From Haliotis rufescens (taxonomy: Eukaryota), in the NCBI RefSeq assembly GCF_023055435.1, contig NW_025963857.1:11842001-11906000 (forward strand): a DNA stretch of 64,000 bases, in the 5' to 3' direction. The notes under the pieces are model-generated. The model saw only the letters and a list, made by a program, of their open reading frames with translations, was not told the origin of the DNA and did not search any database. Every line of letters starts with the position of its first letter. Positions within the stretch are counted from its first letter, which is position 1. Below, in pieces: positions 62,045-64,000 of this stretch. The translations under genes were made by a program, and so were the position numbers.

Positions 62045-62415
62045 GGTGAGGTGAAATGGGGTTTAACGTCGCGTCCAAGATTATCGCACTTATATAGAGA
62101 CGTGCAACGCACGTGTTTGTGTGTGTGTGTGTGCGTGTGCGTGTGTGTGTGTGTGTGGCTGCTTGTACTGATGCCGATTTATAGTGTTAGCAAACTGAGA
62201 TACCATGCCACAGTTTAACATGAATACCCCAGTAAGACACAGTATACTGACTCCGAGCCGACCAGTCCTTGTTTTAGCCCCTTAATGCCGAGCGCCAGAC
62301 AGGGTTACAACAAGTACCATCTTTTAACGTCTTTTGGTATGACGCGGCTGGGGATCGAACCCCGGACCTTCCGCTCTCCGGGCGGACGCTCTACCATTAG
62401 ACCACGGAGGCGGTC
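62045..62415 (-). mobile_element. Family C SINE, full length
   Basis: Flanks TCATGCTATA(TA)ACAA; head, core, (CA)n, tail. Confidence 0.9.
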
Positions 62416-62584
62416 TCATGCTATAACAAACTGTCTATAGTAATATAAATATAATTGTCTGTTCTTTAGCTTCTTTTGAGAACTGTAATGACTGTAAAGA
62501 CCAATAAAACGTTTAATGAAAATGCCCACTTCTCTAGTGTCCAGGTGCACGAGGTACTTTGTGCTTGAACGACACCTTCTGAAC

Positions 62585-62795
62585 CTTCCATTGGTATTCC
62601 GGGTCAGATTTATCCCAAGCATGCTTGCCGCCAGGGCGACGTCTGAATAGAGTGGTCAGGCGCGGTGGCTTATTTGATAGCGGGTCATTGTACCCCGATA
62701 TCAATGTCTGGTGTGTCTGGCCCAGTCACGAATATGTACAGTCGCCATACAGCTGGATTATTGTTGCTGTGTGCGGCGTTAAACAACAAACAAAC
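62585..62795 (+). mobile_element. Old family A element
   Basis: CATGCTTGCCG..GGCGAC, TGGTCAGG, GCGGCGTTAAACAACAAAC. Confidence 0.6.
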
Positions 62796-63719
62796 TTACT
62801 TAATCTTTTGGATGAAACAGTTATATTACACGGTTATCTCTGGACTACGCTTCTACTCTCTGAGTGGACATTCATGCCAGACTCGCTCATAAAAGTCTTT
62901 TTTTTTAAATTACTCTTCCGAGATAACTATTTCCAAATGTAGAATGATACATTTATGTGTCAGAATAAATGAATTCGAATTATTATTGCAGAAAATACCT
63001 GGAGAATATAATTAAGAAATATATTTAATTAGTTGTGTAATGAATATTTTTATTACCTAATAATTCATTCAGTTGGCAGCACCTGATGACTATATTTCCA
63101 TAATACTGCAAGGGCATTTATTTTATTAACTTGGAAAATTGAATTGTAATAAATATATGCGACCTTTCCAGAGGAAGAATTGCTTGAAATTGATATTGTA
63201 TGAAATTGATATGCATTTCCGTATATAATTTACGAAATAATGTTTTATGGATCTTTCGAAAATATCAAAATATGACGAAATAATTCTATTGTTTTAAAAA
63301 TTAAATTATGAATTTAAATCGTCCATATGTCATCAATATTTCATCTGCTCATAAACATACATGTGTCATACTGTAATTGTGACATTTTGATTTACAACTG
63401 AACACCATAATTCATATGAAACAAAAACGTTTAATATAAACGATAGCCACGTATCCCTCTGTCCTATCTCACATGATATGTGGTCATATTATGTCTTGAT
63501 TTAATGCCCGTAAATCTATACAGAATTTCTCCAAAAGTCAGCAACACTTGTGGGGAAAATCCAACGTCATGTGATTGAATTGGACCAATGGGATTGGAGC
63601 ACGGGTGACAAATACCCCGTTCACATGCACAATAATTACTAACGTAAGTAATTTTACACATGTGTAACCATACCTACGTGTGTATATGTAAATTTACTAT
63701 GCGCTCACATGAGAAAAAT

Positions 63720-63932
63720 CAATTAGTTAGATCATCCTCTTACGTTGACATAAACGTTCACATTGCAACATATACACACAGTGCAAATTGACATTTACAT
63801 TTGCAAGTGCTCCAGACATGATGCAAATTTGACCCTGGTGTAAATATACACACATGAGTAAACGTGTTCACATGACAAGTATACTCACGTATGTATTTCT
63901 ACGCAGGTATGCACATATACACACATATGTAT
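63720..63932 (-). repeat. Dispersed unclassified repeat, inverted copy of 4285-4497
   Basis: Reverse-complement similarity. Confidence 0.75.
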
Positions 63933-64000
63933 AGAGGCGCACGTGAACGGGGTATGAGGCGCCACAACGTCATGTGATTGAATTCGACCAACGGGATTTG

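Overview
Repeat-rich animal genomic DNA, most likely a mollusc (abalone-like gastropod, inferred from the SINE families; no search was run). One host gene can be fully reconstructed although it is absent from the ORF track: a three-exon minus-strand CIMIP1/C20orf85 homologue (ciliary microtubule inner protein, 139 aa; coding exons 20197-20276, 13315-13396, 12038-12295) with an RFX X-box and forkhead sites just upstream. Several promoter/first-exon-like islands on the plus strand (about 34 kb, 48.7 kb, 49.7 kb, 54.7 kb) suggest the 5' end of a second gene whose body is not identifiable here. The rest is transposon and tandem-repeat material: four short retroelement families (three tRNA-headed, one with no tRNA head but a covarying structured 5' RNA domain) sharing one 3' stem-loop, a near full-length mariner pseudogene, a mariner fragment, a Tc1 pseudogene, Penelope-like and LINE remnants, two hammerhead-like motifs, MITEs and foldback hairpins, about ten minisatellite arrays and two assembly gaps. 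All very long ORFs in the track are artefacts of tandem repeats. The best candidate for something undescribed is the structured 5' RNA domain of the head-less family A element.
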